DNA from: Pseudomonadota bacterium
GTDB lineage: Bacteria > Pseudomonadota > Alphaproteobacteria > Azospirillales > Azospirillaceae
Assembly: GCA_023423695.1 (NCBI GenBank)
Contig: JAFAFA010000079.1
Location: forward strand, 60,293-124,292
Direction: 5' to 3'
Length of the DNA stretch: 64,000 nt
In this document: positions 37,869 to 49,355 of the stretch, in pieces
Position numbering within the stretch: the first letter of the stretch is position 1
Layout of the letters: each line of letters starts with the position of its first letter
Notes under the pieces: generated by a model
The model's input: the letters and a program-made list of their open reading frames with translations, nothing else
Database searches by the model: none
Told to the model about the DNA's origin: nothing
Program-made: the position numbers and the translations under genes

Positions 37869-40736
37869 TCACGCTCTCTTTCGGGTTGCCGATTTCCGCA
37901 CCGCCGGTTTCGCCTTCAGGTAGGGGGCGAGGTAACGGCCGGTGTAGCTGCGCTCCACCTTCGCGACATCCTCCGGGGTGCCTTCGGCGACGATCTCGCC
38001 GCCGCCGGTGCCGCCCTCCGGTCCCAAATCGATGATCCAGTCGGCGGTCTTGATGACCTCCAGATTGTGTTCGATCACCAGCACCGTGTTGCCTTGGTCG
38101 ACCAGCGCATGCAGCACCTCCATCAGTTTTTCGACGTCGGCGAAATGCAGGCCGGTGGTCGGTTCGTCCAGGATGTACAGCGTGCGTCCGGTGGCGCGGC
38201 GGCTGAGTTCCTTGGATAGCTTGACGCGCTGCGCCTCGCCGCCCGACAGGGTGGTCGCCGCCTGGCCGATGTGGATGTAACCGAGGCCCACCCGTTCCAG
38301 CGTGTCCATCTTGTCGCGGATGCCGGGGACCGCCTTGAAGAACTCCTTGCCCTCCTCGACCGTCATGTCCAGCACGTCGGCGATGGTCTTGTCGCGGTAG
38401 GTGACCTCGAGCGTCTCGCGGTTGTAGCGCTTGCCGTGGCAGACGTCGCAGGTGACGTAGACGTCGGGCAGGAAGTGCATCTCGATCTTGATGACACCGT
38501 CGCCCTGGCAGGCCTCGCAGCGCCCGCCCTTGACGTTGAACGAGAAACGGCCGGGACCGTAGCCGCGCGCCTTCGATTCCGGAAGGCCGGCGAACCAGTC
38601 GCGGATCGGCGTGAAGGCGCCGGTGTATGTGGCGGGGTTGGAGCGCGGGGTGCGGCCGATCGGCGACTGGTCGATGTCGATGACCTTGTCCAGATGCTCC
38701 AGGCCCAGCACCGCGTCATGGTCAGCCGGATGCTCGCGCGCTCCCATCAGCTTGCGCGCCACCGCCTTGTACAGCGTCTCGATGATCAGCGTCGACTTGC
38801 CGCCGCCCGATACGCCGGTCACGCAGGTGAAGGTACCGAGCGGGATTTTGGTCGAGACGTTCTGCAGGTTGTTGGCTCGCGCGCCCCGCACCTCCAGGAA
38901 CTGGCCGGGATGGCCGGGCCGGCGGGTGTCGGGGACCGGGACGAAGCGGGTGCCGTTCAGGTATTGGGCGGTGATGCTGTCGGGGTTCTTCTGAACCTCC
39001 TCCGGCCGGCCCTGGGCGATGACGGTGCCGCCGTGCTGGCCGGCGCCGGGGCCCATGTCGACCAGATAGTCGGCGCTGCGGATGGCGTCCTCGTCATGCT
39101 CGACGACGATGACGGTGTTGCCGATGTCGCGCAGGCGCTTCAGCGTTTCAAGCAGCCGGTCGTTGTCGCGCTGGTGCAGGCCGATGGACGGCTCGTCCAG
39201 CACATAGAGCACGCCGGTCAGGCCGGAGCCGATCTGCGAGGCCAGCCGGATCCGCTGGCTCTCGCCGCCCGACAGGGTGCCCGACCCGCGGCTGAGCGTC
39301 AGGTAGTCGAGGCCGACGGCATTGAGGAATCCCAGCCGCTCGTTGATCTCCTTCAGGATGCGGTAGGCGATCTCGCGGTCCTTCGGGCGCAGATGCTCGT
39401 TCAGCTCGCTGAACCAGGCACCGGCCCCGGCGATGGACAGTTCCGCCGCCTCGGAGATGTTGCGGCCGCGGATCTTGACCGCCAGCGCTTCCGGCTTCAG
39501 GCGCGCGCCCTTGCAGACCTCGCAGGGCTGGGAGGACTGGTATTTCGACAGCTCGTCGCGGGTCCAGGCGCTGTCGGTCTCGCGGTAGCGCCGTTCCAGG
39601 TTGTTGACGATGCCTTCGAACGCCTTGTTCGTCTGGTAGCGCCGCAGGCCATCGTCATAGGTCATGGTTATGGCCGACCCATCCGAGCCGAACAGAACGG
39701 TCTGGCGCACCTTTTCCGGCAGATCCTGCCAAGGCGTGGTCATCGCGACGCCGAAATGCTCGCAGATGCTCTCCAGCGTCTGGTCGTAGTACTTGGAGGT
39801 CGAACCTGCCCACGGCGCGATGGCACCCTTGGCCAGCGACAGACGCTCGTCCGGCACCACCAGCATCGGGTCGAAATAGATCTTGCTGCCCAAGCCGTCG
39901 CAGGCCGGGCAGGCGCCGAACGGGTTGTTGAAGGAGAACAGCCGCGGCTCGATCTCCGGGATGGTGAAGCCGCTGACCGGGCAGGCGAATTTCTGCGAGA
40001 AGACGGTCAGCTCGTTGGTCTCGGCATTCTCGACCCAGACGATGCCCTCGGCCAGCCCCAGCGCGGTTTCCAGCGAGTCGGCCAGACGGTTGCCCAACCC
40101 TTCGCGCACCACGATGCGGTCGACCACCACCTCGATGTCGTGCTTCAGCTTCTTGTTGAGCGCCGGCACCTCGTCGATCTCGTACATTGTGCCGTCGACC
40201 CGCACGCGCTGGAAGCCGCGCTTGCGCAGGTCCTGGATTTCCTTCTTGTACTCGCCCTTGCGGCCGCGGACGAAGGGGGCCAGCAGCAGCAGGCGCGTGC
40301 CCTCCGGCATGGCCATGATGCGGTCCACCATCTGGCTGACCGTCTGGCTTTCGATCGGCAGGCCGGTGGCCGGCGAATAGGGAATGCCGACGCGTGCCCA
40401 CAACAGGCGCATGTAGTCGTAGATCTCCGTCACCGTGCCGACGGTGGAGCGGGGATTCTTCGACGTCGTCTTCTGTTCGATGGAGATGGCCGGCGACAGA
40501 CCCTCGATCGAATCGACGTCCGGCTTCTGCATCAGTTCCAGGAACTGGCGCGCGTAAGCCGACAGGCTTTCCACGTAGCGCCGCTGCCCCTCGGCATAGA
40601 TCGTGTCGAAGGCGAGCGACGACTTGCCCGACCCCGACAGGCCGGTGATGACGATCAGCTCGTCGCGCGGCAGATCCACATCGACGTTCTTCAGGTTATG
40701 TTCCCGCGCGCCGCGGACGCTGATGTACTTGTTCAT
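37869..40736 (-). CDS. uvrA: Excinuclease ABC subunit A
   Basis: [18 protein letters not shown], two LSGGE signatures, zinc fingers, GVSGGGKS. Confidence 0.99.
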   Translation of the reverse strand: MNKYISVRGAREHNLKNVDVDLPRDELIVITGLSGSGKSSLAFDTIYAEGQRRYVESLSAYARQFLELMQKPDVDSIEGLSPAISIEQKTTSKNPRSTVGTVTEIYDYMRLLWARVGIPYSPATGLPIESQTVSQMVDRIMAMPEGTRLLLLAPFVRGRKGEYKKEIQDLRKRGFQRVRVDGTMYEIDEVPALNKKLKHDIEVVVDRIVVREGLGNRLADSLETALGLAEGIVWVENAETNELTVFSQKFACPVSGFTIPEIEPRLFSFNNPFGACPACDGLGSKIYFDPMLVVPDERLSLAKGAIAPWAGSTSKYYDQTLESICEHFGVAMTTPWQDLPEKVRQTVLFGSDGSAITMTYDDGLRRYQTNKAFEGIVNNLERRYRETDSAWTRDELSKYQSSQPCEVCKGARLKPEALAVKIRGRNISEAAELSIAGAGAWFSELNEHLRPKDREIAYRILKEINERLGFLNAVGLDYLTLSRGSGTLSGGESQRIRLASQIGSGLTGVLYVLDEPSIGLHQRDNDRLLETLKRLRDIGNTVIVVEHDEDAIRSADYLVDMGPGAGQHGGTVIAQGRPEEVQKNPDSITAQYLNGTRFVPVPDTRRPGHPGQFLEVRGARANNLQNVSTKIPLGTFTCVTGVSGGGKSTLIIETLYKAVARKLMGAREHPADHDAVLGLEHLDKVIDIDQSPIGRTPRSNPATYTGAFTPIRDWFAGLPESKARGYGPGRFSFNVKGGRCEACQGDGVIKIEMHFLPDVYVTCDVCHGKRYNRETLEVTYRDKTIADVLDMTVEEGKEFFKAVPGIRDKMDTLERVGLGYIHIGQAATTLSGGEAQRVKLSKELSRRATGRTLYILDEPTTGLHFADVEKLMEVLHALVDQGNTVLVIEHNLEVIKTADWIIDLGPEGGTGGGEIVAEGTPEDVAKVERSYTGRYLAPYLKAKPAVRKSATRKRA

Positions 40737-40745
40737 GGAGTGTTC
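40731..40745. promoter_or_regulatory. Alphaproteobacterial LexA (SOS) box overlapping the uvrA start codon
   Basis: GTTC-ATGGAGT-GTTC, a perfect GTTC-N7-GTTC. Confidence 0.75.
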
Positions 40746-40905
40746 TTTTACCCGAAGCCCATCCCGATGGAAAGTGGCAAGCAGCCGCGCCGCAGGACGA
40801 AAAACGGACCGTCCTGCGGAATCTCTTGCGGGACCGCTGGCTGCCGGCCGGCTGACGATATATGCGCCGGGCGCGCCATTGCCACCGGCGCCCGGCGCGG
40901 GTCGG

Positions 40906-42510
40906 TCATGACCAGAAGGGCGGCATCGCGCGGAAGCGCTTCCACAGCTCGGGCAGGGCCTTGCGTCGCTTGTCCGACTGGCGCTCGATCCAGGCGGCGA
41001 CGGCGGCGACCGTCTTCCTGTCCGCCCCCTTCAACTCGCCCAGCATGCGGGCGCCGGTGACGGCATCCTGTTCGGCGTCCAGCGCCGCCTGAAGCGGTTC
41101 CAGCGCCGCGAAGAAGGGCAGGGCGGCGGCTTCCGGATAAAGGCCGCGGAAGAAATCGGCAGTATAGCGCAGGCTGCGCAGCCGGCGGCGCAGCTTGTCG
41201 CGGCCCTTGGCGTCCTCCGGCGGCTTGGCCGCCTTGCCGAGCTTCGCCATGCGGGCGGACAGCCAGCCGCCGGCCAGCGTGGCGACCGGCGCCGACAGCA
41301 TGGCGCGGCGGTCGCCCTCGGCCTCCGACATCCAGCGGCCATGTTCCAGCCACGCACCCAGCGCCAGGACCATGGTGGTGCAGCCGGGTGCCAGAATCGC
41401 CGCCATCGCCTCCCGCGCCGGACCGGCTCCGGCAGAGCGGGCGAGGGAAGCCAACCGGTCCAGTGCCGCGCGATCGATGCCCGGCAGCGTGGCGGAGCCG
41501 GCGAGCAGCGGGTCAATGACGCCGGACGTCAGCACGTCCCAGCCCCGCGCCGGCCCAAGCCGCTTCGCCAGCGCCCGGCTTTCCTCCACCAGCCGGTCGG
41601 CCTCGGCGGAGGCGATCAGCGGCGCGAAGAAGCGGTGGGCGATGCGCAACCGGCGCAACGCGACGCGCATCCGGTGCAGCCCCTCGACATCGCCGCCGCC
41701 GAGCGCGCAGGCTTCGTTGGCGAGGAACTGGCGCAGCGCATGGCGCAGGATGTGGCGATAGGCCTCGGCCACCGTGGTCAGGGGCGACAGGCCCAGCGGC
41801 TCGGCCTCCACCGGCCCCGGCGCCCGGCCGGTGACCAGCCGGACTCCGGCCTCCGCCTTGCTTTCGGTGCCGATACGCATGGGGATGGCGGCCTGCAGGG
41901 TCAGCGCCAGATCGAACAGGCTGGCGACCCTGCCCGCCTTGAGCTCCAATTCCACCTCGCTGATCGGCAGCGAGTTGCCGCCGGCATAGACCCGCCCGTC
42001 GTCGACCGCCATCTCCACCGCCGTCAGCGGATCGGGACGGAGCAGCAGGATGGTGCGACGGAAATCGGTGATGAACAGGCAGTCCAGATCGTCGAGCGCC
42101 GCCGCCGGCACCAGCCCGGCGACGCCGGGATCGGTCAGCACGCCGCGGTCCACCGCCTCGCCGGTGACGGCCCACTCCCACTCACGGCGCACCGCGACCG
42201 CGGCGGAATCGCCGCGACTGGCGCTGTTGACCGTTTTCAGCGCCTGGATGAAACGATCGCCTTCCTGCCGGACGCGCAGCGCCACGCCATTGGCCGCCAG
42301 CTTCAGGTCCGGCGTGTCGAAATAGGCGGTGCGCAGGCGCTGTGTCGTCGCCGGCCCGTCGGCCAGCGCCAGCAGAGCCGGCAGCGAGGCGACCCGCGCC
42401 AGATCCGCTGAAGCCGCATGGAGTTTCAGTTCCACCTCCCGGAAGGCGGGGGTGGACGCTTGCGCATCGCTGGCGGCGGACGGGCCGGTGGGCGGAATGG
42501 CGGGTGGCAA
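40906..42510 (-). CDS. CYTH + CHAD domain protein (YgiF-like inorganic triphosphatase/polyP-binding)
   Basis: REVELKL, YFDTPD, ALRVR, EVELELK (CYTH); [12 protein letters not shown] (CHAD). Start uncertain. Confidence 0.88.
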   Translation of the reverse strand: MPPAIPPTGPSAASDAQASTPAFREVELKLHAASADLARVASLPALLALADGPATTQRLRTAYFDTPDLKLAANGVALRVRQEGDRFIQALKTVNSASRGDSAAVAVRREWEWAVTGEAVDRGVLTDPGVAGLVPAAALDDLDCLFITDFRRTILLLRPDPLTAVEMAVDDGRVYAGGNSLPISEVELELKAGRVASLFDLALTLQAAIPMRIGTESKAEAGVRLVTGRAPGPVEAEPLGLSPLTTVAEAYRHILRHALRQFLANEACALGGGDVEGLHRMRVALRRLRIAHRFFAPLIASAEADRLVEESRALAKRLGPARGWDVLTSGVIDPLLAGSATLPGIDRAALDRLASLARSAGAGPAREAMAAILAPGCTTMVLALGAWLEHGRWMSEAEGDRRAMLSAPVATLAGGWLSARMAKLGKAAKPPEDAKGRDKLRRRLRSLRYTADFFRGLYPEAAALPFFAALEPLQAALDAEQDAVTGARMLGELKGADRKTVAAVAAWIERQSDKRRKALPELWKRFRAMPPFWS

Positions 42511-42609
42511 GGGTCGGCGTCCTCCCGAATCCGGTCGAAATGGCCTGATGGCCAGAGCGGCCTGGAATTGAACAGGTGGATCCGTGGATACTCCAACGGC
42601 CGCCGCAGG

Positions 42610-43128
42610 TTAAGTGAGTTTACGCGGCTGCACAAAATCCGCCAGCCTGCCGGCGCCGAGCTCCAGGTCCGCCCAATGCAGGGTTTCGAAGACCAGGACG
42701 GCGCAGGCGCCGGTCGGAAACCTGTTGGCCAGATCATGGCGCAGGTGATGGTCGCCGCTGCCGGTCAGCGCGTTCGCCAACTCGTGCAGATCAGGATTGT
42801 GGGCCACCAGCATCACGCCGGTCGCCTTGTCCGGCACGTCGCGCAGCCGCTCCAGCAATGTGCGGGCGCCGCACAGATACAGGCCGCGTTCATGCTCCAC
42901 CGGCGGATAGGGCGCGCCCATCGCCGTCATCACGCGCTTGCGCGTTTCCACTGCCCGCACCGCGGTCGAGCACAGGACGAGGTCGATATGGGCATGATGC
43001 CTGGCGAGATAGCCGCCGACCAGCGAGGCCGCCTTCTTCCCGCGGGCGTTCAGGGGCCGGTCATGGTCGCCCAGCGACGGATCGTCCCAGGCGGATTTGG
43101 CGTGGCGCAGCAGGAACAGCGTCTTCAT
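42610..43128 (-). CDS. sixA: SixA-family histidine phosphatase
   Basis: LLRHAKS, DHDRPL, STAVRA, VAHNP. Confidence 0.88.
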   Translation of the reverse strand: MKTLFLLRHAKSAWDDPSLGDHDRPLNARGKKAASLVGGYLARHHAHIDLVLCSTAVRAVETRKRVMTAMGAPYPPVEHERGLYLCGARTLLERLRDVPDKATGVMLVAHNPDLHELANALTGSGDHHLRHDLANRFPTGACAVLVFETLHWADLELGAGRLADFVQPRKLT

Positions 43129-43317
43129 GGCGGGATTCGGTCGGATTGGACTGGCCGTAAGGCAGAGAAGGGGTGGAGATGGCTTGGAACATCGCCAAAT
43201 GGGAGTCCTGAAACCGTAACGCATGTGGGATACTCTGTCTGCCCACCATATAACGGTTGCCCAAGGCGCCGCACGGCGGCTCCGGGCAGACGGGGTCCCA
43301 AGATTTCAGAGGTTGAC

Positions 43318-45465
43318 GTGACGCATCTCCAGGAACTCGAGTCGGTCGGCATCGAGCCCAACGCTCCGGAACGCTTCATCAATCGGGAGCTGTCGTGGCT
43401 GGCCTTCAACCAGCGCGTCCTGGACGAGGCCGCCAATCCGAACCACCCGCTTCTGGAACGGCTGCGCTTCCTGTCGATTTCCGCCAGCAACCTCGACGAA
43501 TTCTACATGGTCCGCGTCGCCGGCCTGAAAGGGCAGGTGGCCGCCGGGGTCAAGGCGCCCAGCCCGGAGAATCTCACGCCTGCCCAGCAGCTGACGGCGG
43601 TCAAGCAGCGCATCGCCGCATTGATGGACAGCCAGCAGACGATGTGGCGCACCCTGAAAGGCGAGCTGCGCGAGGCCGGGATCTCCGTCGTCGATCCCAG
43701 CGATCTCAGCGAAGGCGAGCTGGATTGGCTTGAGGCCAAGTTCCTCGACGACATCTTCCCGATACTGACGCCCATCGCGGTCGACCCGGCTCACCCCTTC
43801 CCGTTCCTGCCGAATCTGGGATTCTCGCTGGCGCTGCAGCTGCACGATCCGGTCAAGGGCCGGCACATCGACGCGCTGGTGCCGCTGCCCACGCAGCTGG
43901 AGCGGTTCATGCGCCTGCCGGGGTCGGACATCCGCTTCATCCAGCTGGAAAAGGTGGTGATGCAGTTCATCGACCGCCTGTTCCCTCCGTTCCAGGTTAA
44001 GGCGCATGGCGTCTTCCGCGTGCTGCGCGACAGCGAGATCGAGATCGAGGAAGAGGCGGAGGATCTGGTCCGCACCTTCGAAAGCGCGCTGAAGCGCCGC
44101 CGGCGCGGCAGCGTCATCCGGCTGGCGACCGACAGCGGCATGGCGGCCGATCTGCGCGAATTCCTGCGCCATGAACTGAACGTGGCGTCGGACGACGTCT
44201 TCATCCTGGACGGGCTGATCGGCCTGACCGACACCAAGCTGCTGATCGTCGACGAGCGGCCGGACCTGGTCTTCCGCCCCTTCAACGCCCGCTTCCCCGA
44301 GCGGATTCGCGATTTCGGCGGCGATTGCTTCGCGGCGATCCGCCACAAGGACATCGTGGTGCACCACCCCTACGAATCCTTCGACGTGGTGGTGCAGTTC
44401 ATCCGGCAGGCGGCGCGCGACCCGCAGGTGGTGGCGATCAAGCAGACGCTTTACCGCACCAGCAAGGACAGCCCGATCGTCGCCGCCCTGATCGAGGCGG
44501 CAGAGGCCGGCAAGTCGGTGACGGCGTTGGTCGAGCTGAAGGCGCGGTTCGACGAGGAGGCCAACATCCGCTGGGCGCGCGACCTGGAACGCGCCGGCGC
44601 CCAGGTGGTCTACGGCTTCGTCGATCTGAAGACGCACGCCAAGGTGTCGCTGGTGGTGCGGCGCGAGAAGAAGGCGCTGCGCAGCTACGTCCATTTCGGG
44701 ACCGGCAACTATCACCCGATCACCGCGAAGGTCTATACCGACCTGTCCTTCTTCACCTGCGACCCGGCGCTGTGCCACGATGCCGCGGTCATGTTCAACT
44801 TCATGACCGGCTATGCCACGCCCAAGGTTCTGGAGAAGATCGCCATCGCGCCGATCACCCTGCGCCAGCGCCTGTCCGACCTGATCGAGGGGGAGATCGC
44901 GCATGCCGCCGCCGGACGCCCGGCGTCGATCTGGGTGAAGCTGAACTCCCTGGTCGATCCGGTCATCATCGACAAGCTGTACAAGGCCTCCCAGGCCGGG
45001 GTGCAGATCGACATGATCATCCGCGGCATCTGCTGCCTGCGGCCGGGGGTGAAGGGGCTTTCGGAGAACATCCGGGTGCGCAGCATCGTCGGCCGCTTCC
45101 TGGAGCATGGCCGCGTCATCTGCTTCGGCAACGGCCATCCGATGCCCAGCAACCAAGCCAAGATCTTCATCTCCTCGGCCGACTGGATGACCCGCAACCT
45201 GGACCGCCGCATCGAGACGCTGGTGCCCATCGAGAACCCGACGGTGCACGAACAGGTGCTCGACCAGATCATGGTCGCCAACATGAAGGACGATGCAAGC
45301 ACCTGGAAGCTCGGCCCCGATGGCGTGTACCATCGCGTCAAGGCTGGCCCTGACGCGTTCAGCGCCCATAATTATTTCATGACCAACCCCAGCCTGTCGG
45401 GCCGGGGCAGCGCGCTCAGCAGCAAGCGCACGCCGCCGCGGCTCATGCTGCACGCGGTGTCCTGA
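43318..45465 (+). CDS. ppk1: Polyphosphate kinase 1
   Basis: [58 protein letters not shown]. Confidence 0.97.
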   Translation: MTHLQELESVGIEPNAPERFINRELSWLAFNQRVLDEAANPNHPLLERLRFLSISASNLDEFYMVRVAGLKGQVAAGVKAPSPENLTPAQQLTAVKQRIAALMDSQQTMWRTLKGELREAGISVVDPSDLSEGELDWLEAKFLDDIFPILTPIAVDPAHPFPFLPNLGFSLALQLHDPVKGRHIDALVPLPTQLERFMRLPGSDIRFIQLEKVVMQFIDRLFPPFQVKAHGVFRVLRDSEIEIEEEAEDLVRTFESALKRRRRGSVIRLATDSGMAADLREFLRHELNVASDDVFILDGLIGLTDTKLLIVDERPDLVFRPFNARFPERIRDFGGDCFAAIRHKDIVVHHPYESFDVVVQFIRQAARDPQVVAIKQTLYRTSKDSPIVAALIEAAEAGKSVTALVELKARFDEEANIRWARDLERAGAQVVYGFVDLKTHAKVSLVVRREKKALRSYVHFGTGNYHPITAKVYTDLSFFTCDPALCHDAAVMFNFMTGYATPKVLEKIAIAPITLRQRLSDLIEGEIAHAAAGRPASIWVKLNSLVDPVIIDKLYKASQAGVQIDMIIRGICCLRPGVKGLSENIRVRSIVGRFLEHGRVICFGNGHPMPSNQAKIFISSADWMTRNLDRRIETLVPIENPTVHEQVLDQIMVANMKDDASTWKLGPDGVYHRVKAGPDAFSAHNYFMTNPSLSGRGSALSSKRTPPRLMLHAVS

Positions 45466-45488
45466 GGACGGGGGACGGGAGTCTGAGT

Positions 45489-47039
45489 ATGAGCAAGGAC
45501 AATCGCGCGGCCGCCGTTCCGGGCGACGTTTCCGCCATCTGGAATTCGTCGAGCGGGGGGGCAGCGGAGCGCGTCGGCGTGATCGACATCGGATCCAACT
45601 CGATCCGGCTCGTCGTCTATGACGGGCTGACCCGCTCGCCGCTCGCCCTGTTCAACGAGAAGGTGCTGTGCGGCCTCGGCCGCGGGGTGGAGAAGTCGGG
45701 CCTGCTGAATCCCGACGGCGTCGCCCAGGGGCTTGCCGCGCTGGAACGCTTCGCCACACTGGCCCAGGGCATGCGCGTCGGCCGGCTGGACGTGATCGCC
45801 ACCGCCGCGGTGCGCGACGCCCGTGACGGCGCCGCCTTTGTCGAGGCCATCCGACGCCGCGCCGGCCTGACCGTCCGCGTCATCTGCGGGGAGGAGGAAG
45901 CGCGGCTGTCCGCCATGGGCGTGCTGTCCGGCACCCCCGGCGCCGACGGCCTCGTCGGCGACCTCGGCGGCGGCAGCCTGGAACTGGTCACGCTCGACCG
46001 CGGCGTGATCGGCAAGCAGGTGACGCTGCCGCTCGGCCCCTTGCGGCTGATGGAGGTCGGCTCTTCCAAGGGCGGGCCGGCCAAGCTGATCGACCAGCAT
46101 CTGGAATCGCTGCCGTGGCTTTCGGCGATGAAGGGAAAGCCCTTCTACCCGGTCGGCGGAAGCTGGCGTGCCATTGCCAAGCTGCATATGGAGCAGTCCG
46201 GTCACCCGCTTCATATCATCCACCACTACACGATTCCCTCCGCCGACGCGCGGGAGTTCACCGCCCTGATCGGCCGGCAGAGCCGCTCGTCGCTGGAGAA
46301 GATGGCGGGGTCGCGCCGCCGGCTCGACACGCTGCCCTTCGCCGGGCTGGTGTTGGAGCGGCTGCTGCGCATCGCCCAGCCGTCGAAGCTCGTGTTCTCC
46401 GCCTACGGCCTGCGAGAAGGCCACCTCTATTCGCTGATGTCGCCGGAAGGGCAGCGGGAGGATCCGCTGATGGCCTCAGCCGCCGATTGGGCCCGCCGCT
46501 TCGTGCGGATGGGCGACCCGGCTCTGCTGATGTCGTGGACCGCCGGGCTGTTCGCTGGCGAGGACGACAACGCCATCCGCCTGCGCCATGCCGCCTGTTT
46601 GCTGAGCGATGTCGGCTGGGCCGACCATCCCGATTACCGGGCCGAGCATGCCTTTCTGCGCGTGCTGCGCTACCCGTTCCCGGCCCTGGACCATGACGAG
46701 CGGGCCTTCCTGGCGCTCGCCGCCCATGCCCGCTATTCGGGCACCATCGATGTGCCGCTGACGGCGCCGGTGCGGACCCTGGTGTCGGAAGGGCAGGGGA
46801 TGAAGGCGCTGGTGCTGGGCCTTGCGCTCCGCCTCGCCCACACGCTGTCGGGCGGCGCCACGGCGCTGCTGGAACGGACCAGCCTGAAGGTGGGCGACGG
46901 GCGCATCGTGCTGACCCTTCCCGATGACGGCAGCGTGCCGTCCGGCGAAGCGGTGCAGCGCCGCATCGACGCACTCGCAAAGGCGATGAATCTGAAGAGC
47001 GACGTGGTTCAGCCACTGCGGCCTCAGGCGGCGGAGTAG
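45489..47039 (+). CDS. ppx: Exopolyphosphatase Ppx/GppA
   Basis: IDIGSNSIRL, ATAAVRDA, GEEEA, DLGGGSLE, GLREG. Confidence 0.94.
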   Translation: MSKDNRAAAVPGDVSAIWNSSSGGAAERVGVIDIGSNSIRLVVYDGLTRSPLALFNEKVLCGLGRGVEKSGLLNPDGVAQGLAALERFATLAQGMRVGRLDVIATAAVRDARDGAAFVEAIRRRAGLTVRVICGEEEARLSAMGVLSGTPGADGLVGDLGGGSLELVTLDRGVIGKQVTLPLGPLRLMEVGSSKGGPAKLIDQHLESLPWLSAMKGKPFYPVGGSWRAIAKLHMEQSGHPLHIIHHYTIPSADAREFTALIGRQSRSSLEKMAGSRRRLDTLPFAGLVLERLLRIAQPSKLVFSAYGLREGHLYSLMSPEGQREDPLMASAADWARRFVRMGDPALLMSWTAGLFAGEDDNAIRLRHAACLLSDVGWADHPDYRAEHAFLRVLRYPFPALDHDERAFLALAAHARYSGTIDVPLTAPVRTLVSEGQGMKALVLGLALRLAHTLSGGATALLERTSLKVGDGRIVLTLPDDGSVPSGEAVQRRIDALAKAMNLKSDVVQPLRPQAAE

Positions 47040-47066
47040 GGGGCAGAGCAGGGCCAGTGAGCAGGG

Positions 47067-47107
47067 CGGTCGGGCCGCCCGCCGCTGAATGGCGGCCGGC
47101 CCGACCG
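47067..47107. terminator. Hairpin between convergent ppx and SDR
   Basis: CGGTCGGGCCG...CGGCCCGACCG, an 11-bp perfect inverted repeat. Confidence 0.55.
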
Positions 47108-47109
47108 TA

Positions 47110-47874
47110 TCAGGTTCGGGTGATGGAAACGCCGCCATCCACCAGCATCGCCGTACCGGTCGTGAAGCTGGAAGAATCGGACGCCAGATAGAGCGCCGAC
47201 TGTGCGATCTCGCGCGGCGTGGCGAGGCGTTTCAGCGCGTGTAATCCCTGGACGAAAGCCAAGGCTTCCGGTGTGTTCGACACCGCCCGTCCCATCGGCG
47301 TGTCGGTGCCGCCCGGCAGCAATGCGTTGGCACGGATGCCAAGAGGTCCGTATTCGGCGGCGATCACCCGCATCAACCCGATCAGCCCGGCCTTGCTCGC
47401 CGCATAGGCGCCCATTCCGGGAAAGCCGACCGTGTGGCCGACAAAGGTGGAGGTGAAGATCAGCGATCCGCCGCCGCGGGCGAGCATCGCCGGAATCTGG
47501 TGCTTGGCGGCATGAAAGGCGCTGGTCAGGTTGGTGTCGATCACGTCATGCCATATCTCCGCGGTCATGTCCGGAATCGAGGTTTGGGCGCCGGTGGTGC
47601 CGGCATTGTTGAAGGCGATATCCAGACCACCGAACCGCTGGGCGGCGACCTGAACGGCTTCACGCGCCACCTGTGCGTCCTTGACGTCGCCGGCCACTGC
47701 GACGGCCTCGGAACCTCGGTTCCGGATTTCCTCCGCCAGCCGTTCAAGTTCGCCGTGCCGCCGCGCTACGAGTACGAGATTCGCACCATGCTCAGCGAAC
47801 AGCAGCGCCGCCTCGCGTCCGATCCCCGAACTGGCGCCCGTGACGATTGCAATCTTTCCATCGAGCTGTCCCAT
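47110..47874 (-). CDS. Short-chain dehydrogenase/reductase
   Basis: TGASSGIG, NNAG, YAASK, LVDGG. Confidence 0.93.
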   Translation of the reverse strand: MGQLDGKIAIVTGASSGIGREAALLFAEHGANLVLVARRHGELERLAEEIRNRGSEAVAVAGDVKDAQVAREAVQVAAQRFGGLDIAFNNAGTTGAQTSIPDMTAEIWHDVIDTNLTSAFHAAKHQIPAMLARGGGSLIFTSTFVGHTVGFPGMGAYAASKAGLIGLMRVIAAEYGPLGIRANALLPGGTDTPMGRAVSNTPEALAFVQGLHALKRLATPREIAQSALYLASDSSSFTTGTAMLVDGGVSITRT

Positions 47875-48143
47875 GGTCATTCTCCGTTGCAACGAACGGC
47901 CCCAGAATCGGGAACTCAGGCCATACGCGGCTATCCGGTTCTTGCTTTCGAATTCGCAAGGTCAAACGGCCCTGCTCCGGTTTTATTTCCATAATCTTCC
48001 TTATGTGTCTTTTGTCTTCCCCCCATAGTCCCCCCTGAAGATCCTGCATGGCTGGGTCGTTGCGGCCCGCCCGGATGTCCCATGGCGGACGTCCCGCGCG
48101 TTGCCCATGTCCGGCCTCGCCCCTTCGGATCAGCGGATGGAAT

Positions 48144-49355
48144 ATGTCGTCGAAAAGCCTGCCCACCCGGCCCGATCAGCGCCAAGAGCTCCTGTCCCGG
48201 CGCCGAAATCACAAGATGGCGGAATCCGCCCACGCTTATGTGCGCGGCAGCACGGTGAAGTTCTACGAATGGCTGGAGCAGTCCGGCGGCAGAATACCGG
48301 ACGGTCCGCCGGTCTGGATCTGCGGCGACTGCCATGTCGGCAATCTGGGACCGGTCGCCAACGCCAAAGGTCGGATCGGCATCCAGATTCGCGACGTCGA
48401 CCAGACCGTGATCGGCAACCCGGCCCATGACCTGATCCGGCTCGGCCTGTCGCTGGCCACCGCCGCGCGCGGATCGGACCTGCCCGGCGTCACTACGGCG
48501 CTGATGCTGGAGCAGATGATCGAAGGCTATATGATGACCCTGGATGGCGAACTCGGCGGCGATGCCGTGCGCAAGAAGCCGTCGGTCGTCCGCGTCGGCA
48601 TGCGGGAGGCCATCGGCCGCACCTGGAAGCATCTGGCCAGGGACCGCATCAAGGACATCCGCCCGTCCATCCCGCTCGGCAAGCGCTTCTGGCCGCTGAC
48701 CGAAGAGGAACGCGTGGAGGTGGAAGAGCTTTTCCGCAAGGATCAGGTGCGCCGTCTGGTGACCGCCCTGCACTCCCGCGATGACAACGACCGGATCGAG
48801 CTTCTCGACGCCGCCTATTGGGTGAAGGGCTGCAGTTCGCTGGGCCGGCTGCGGATCGCAGTGCTGCTCGGTGTCGGCGAGGGCCATTACGATGAGGGTG
48901 GCCTTAGCCTGATCGACATCAAGGAGGCGGTGCAGGCCGCCGCGCCGCGTGTCGCCGGGACCGGAATGCCGCGCGACAATGCCGAGCGCGTGGTGGCCGG
49001 CGCGGAGAATCTCTCGCCCTATCTCGGCGACCGCATGCGCCCTGCCCGCCTGCTCGACCGTGCCGTCTTCCTGCGTGAGCTGCTGCCGCAGGACATCAAA
49101 CTCGACTTCGACCATCTGACGCGGGAGGAAGCGACCCACGTCGCCTTCTTCCTGGCTGCCGTGGTCGGCAAGGCGCATGCCCGCCAGATGGACGAGGCGA
49201 CGCGCAGGTCATGGCGCGGCGAGCTGGCGCGCAACCGCACCAAGAGCCTCGACGCGCCGTCCTGGCTGTGGTCCAGCATCGTCGACCTGATCGTCGGCCA
49301 TGAGGCGGCCTACCTGGAACACTGCCGCCGCTATGCCGAGCGTCCCGACGCCTGA
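48144..49355 (+). CDS. DUF2252-family protein (kinase-like)
   Basis: KMAESAHAYVRG, WICGDCHVGNLG, RDVDQ, DLIRL, GCSSLG, DIKEA, KAHARQ. Confidence 0.82.
   Translation: MSSKSLPTRPDQRQELLSRRRNHKMAESAHAYVRGSTVKFYEWLEQSGGRIPDGPPVWICGDCHVGNLGPVANAKGRIGIQIRDVDQTVIGNPAHDLIRLGLSLATAARGSDLPGVTTALMLEQMIEGYMMTLDGELGGDAVRKKPSVVRVGMREAIGRTWKHLARDRIKDIRPSIPLGKRFWPLTEEERVEVEELFRKDQVRRLVTALHSRDDNDRIELLDAAYWVKGCSSLGRLRIAVLLGVGEGHYDEGGLSLIDIKEAVQAAAPRVAGTGMPRDNAERVVAGAENLSPYLGDRMRPARLLDRAVFLRELLPQDIKLDFDHLTREEATHVAFFLAAVVGKAHARQMDEATRRSWRGELARNRTKSLDAPSWLWSSIVDLIVGHEAAYLEHCRRYAERPDA

Noticed and set aside
38271..41060. 929-aa plus-strand ORF
   Set aside because: Antisense of uvrA. The same applies to 43306-45453 opposite ppk1 and similar shadows.
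43129..43317. Pho box in the sixA-ppk1 intergenic region
   Set aside because: No convincing CTGTCAT-type direct repeat at 11-bp spacing.
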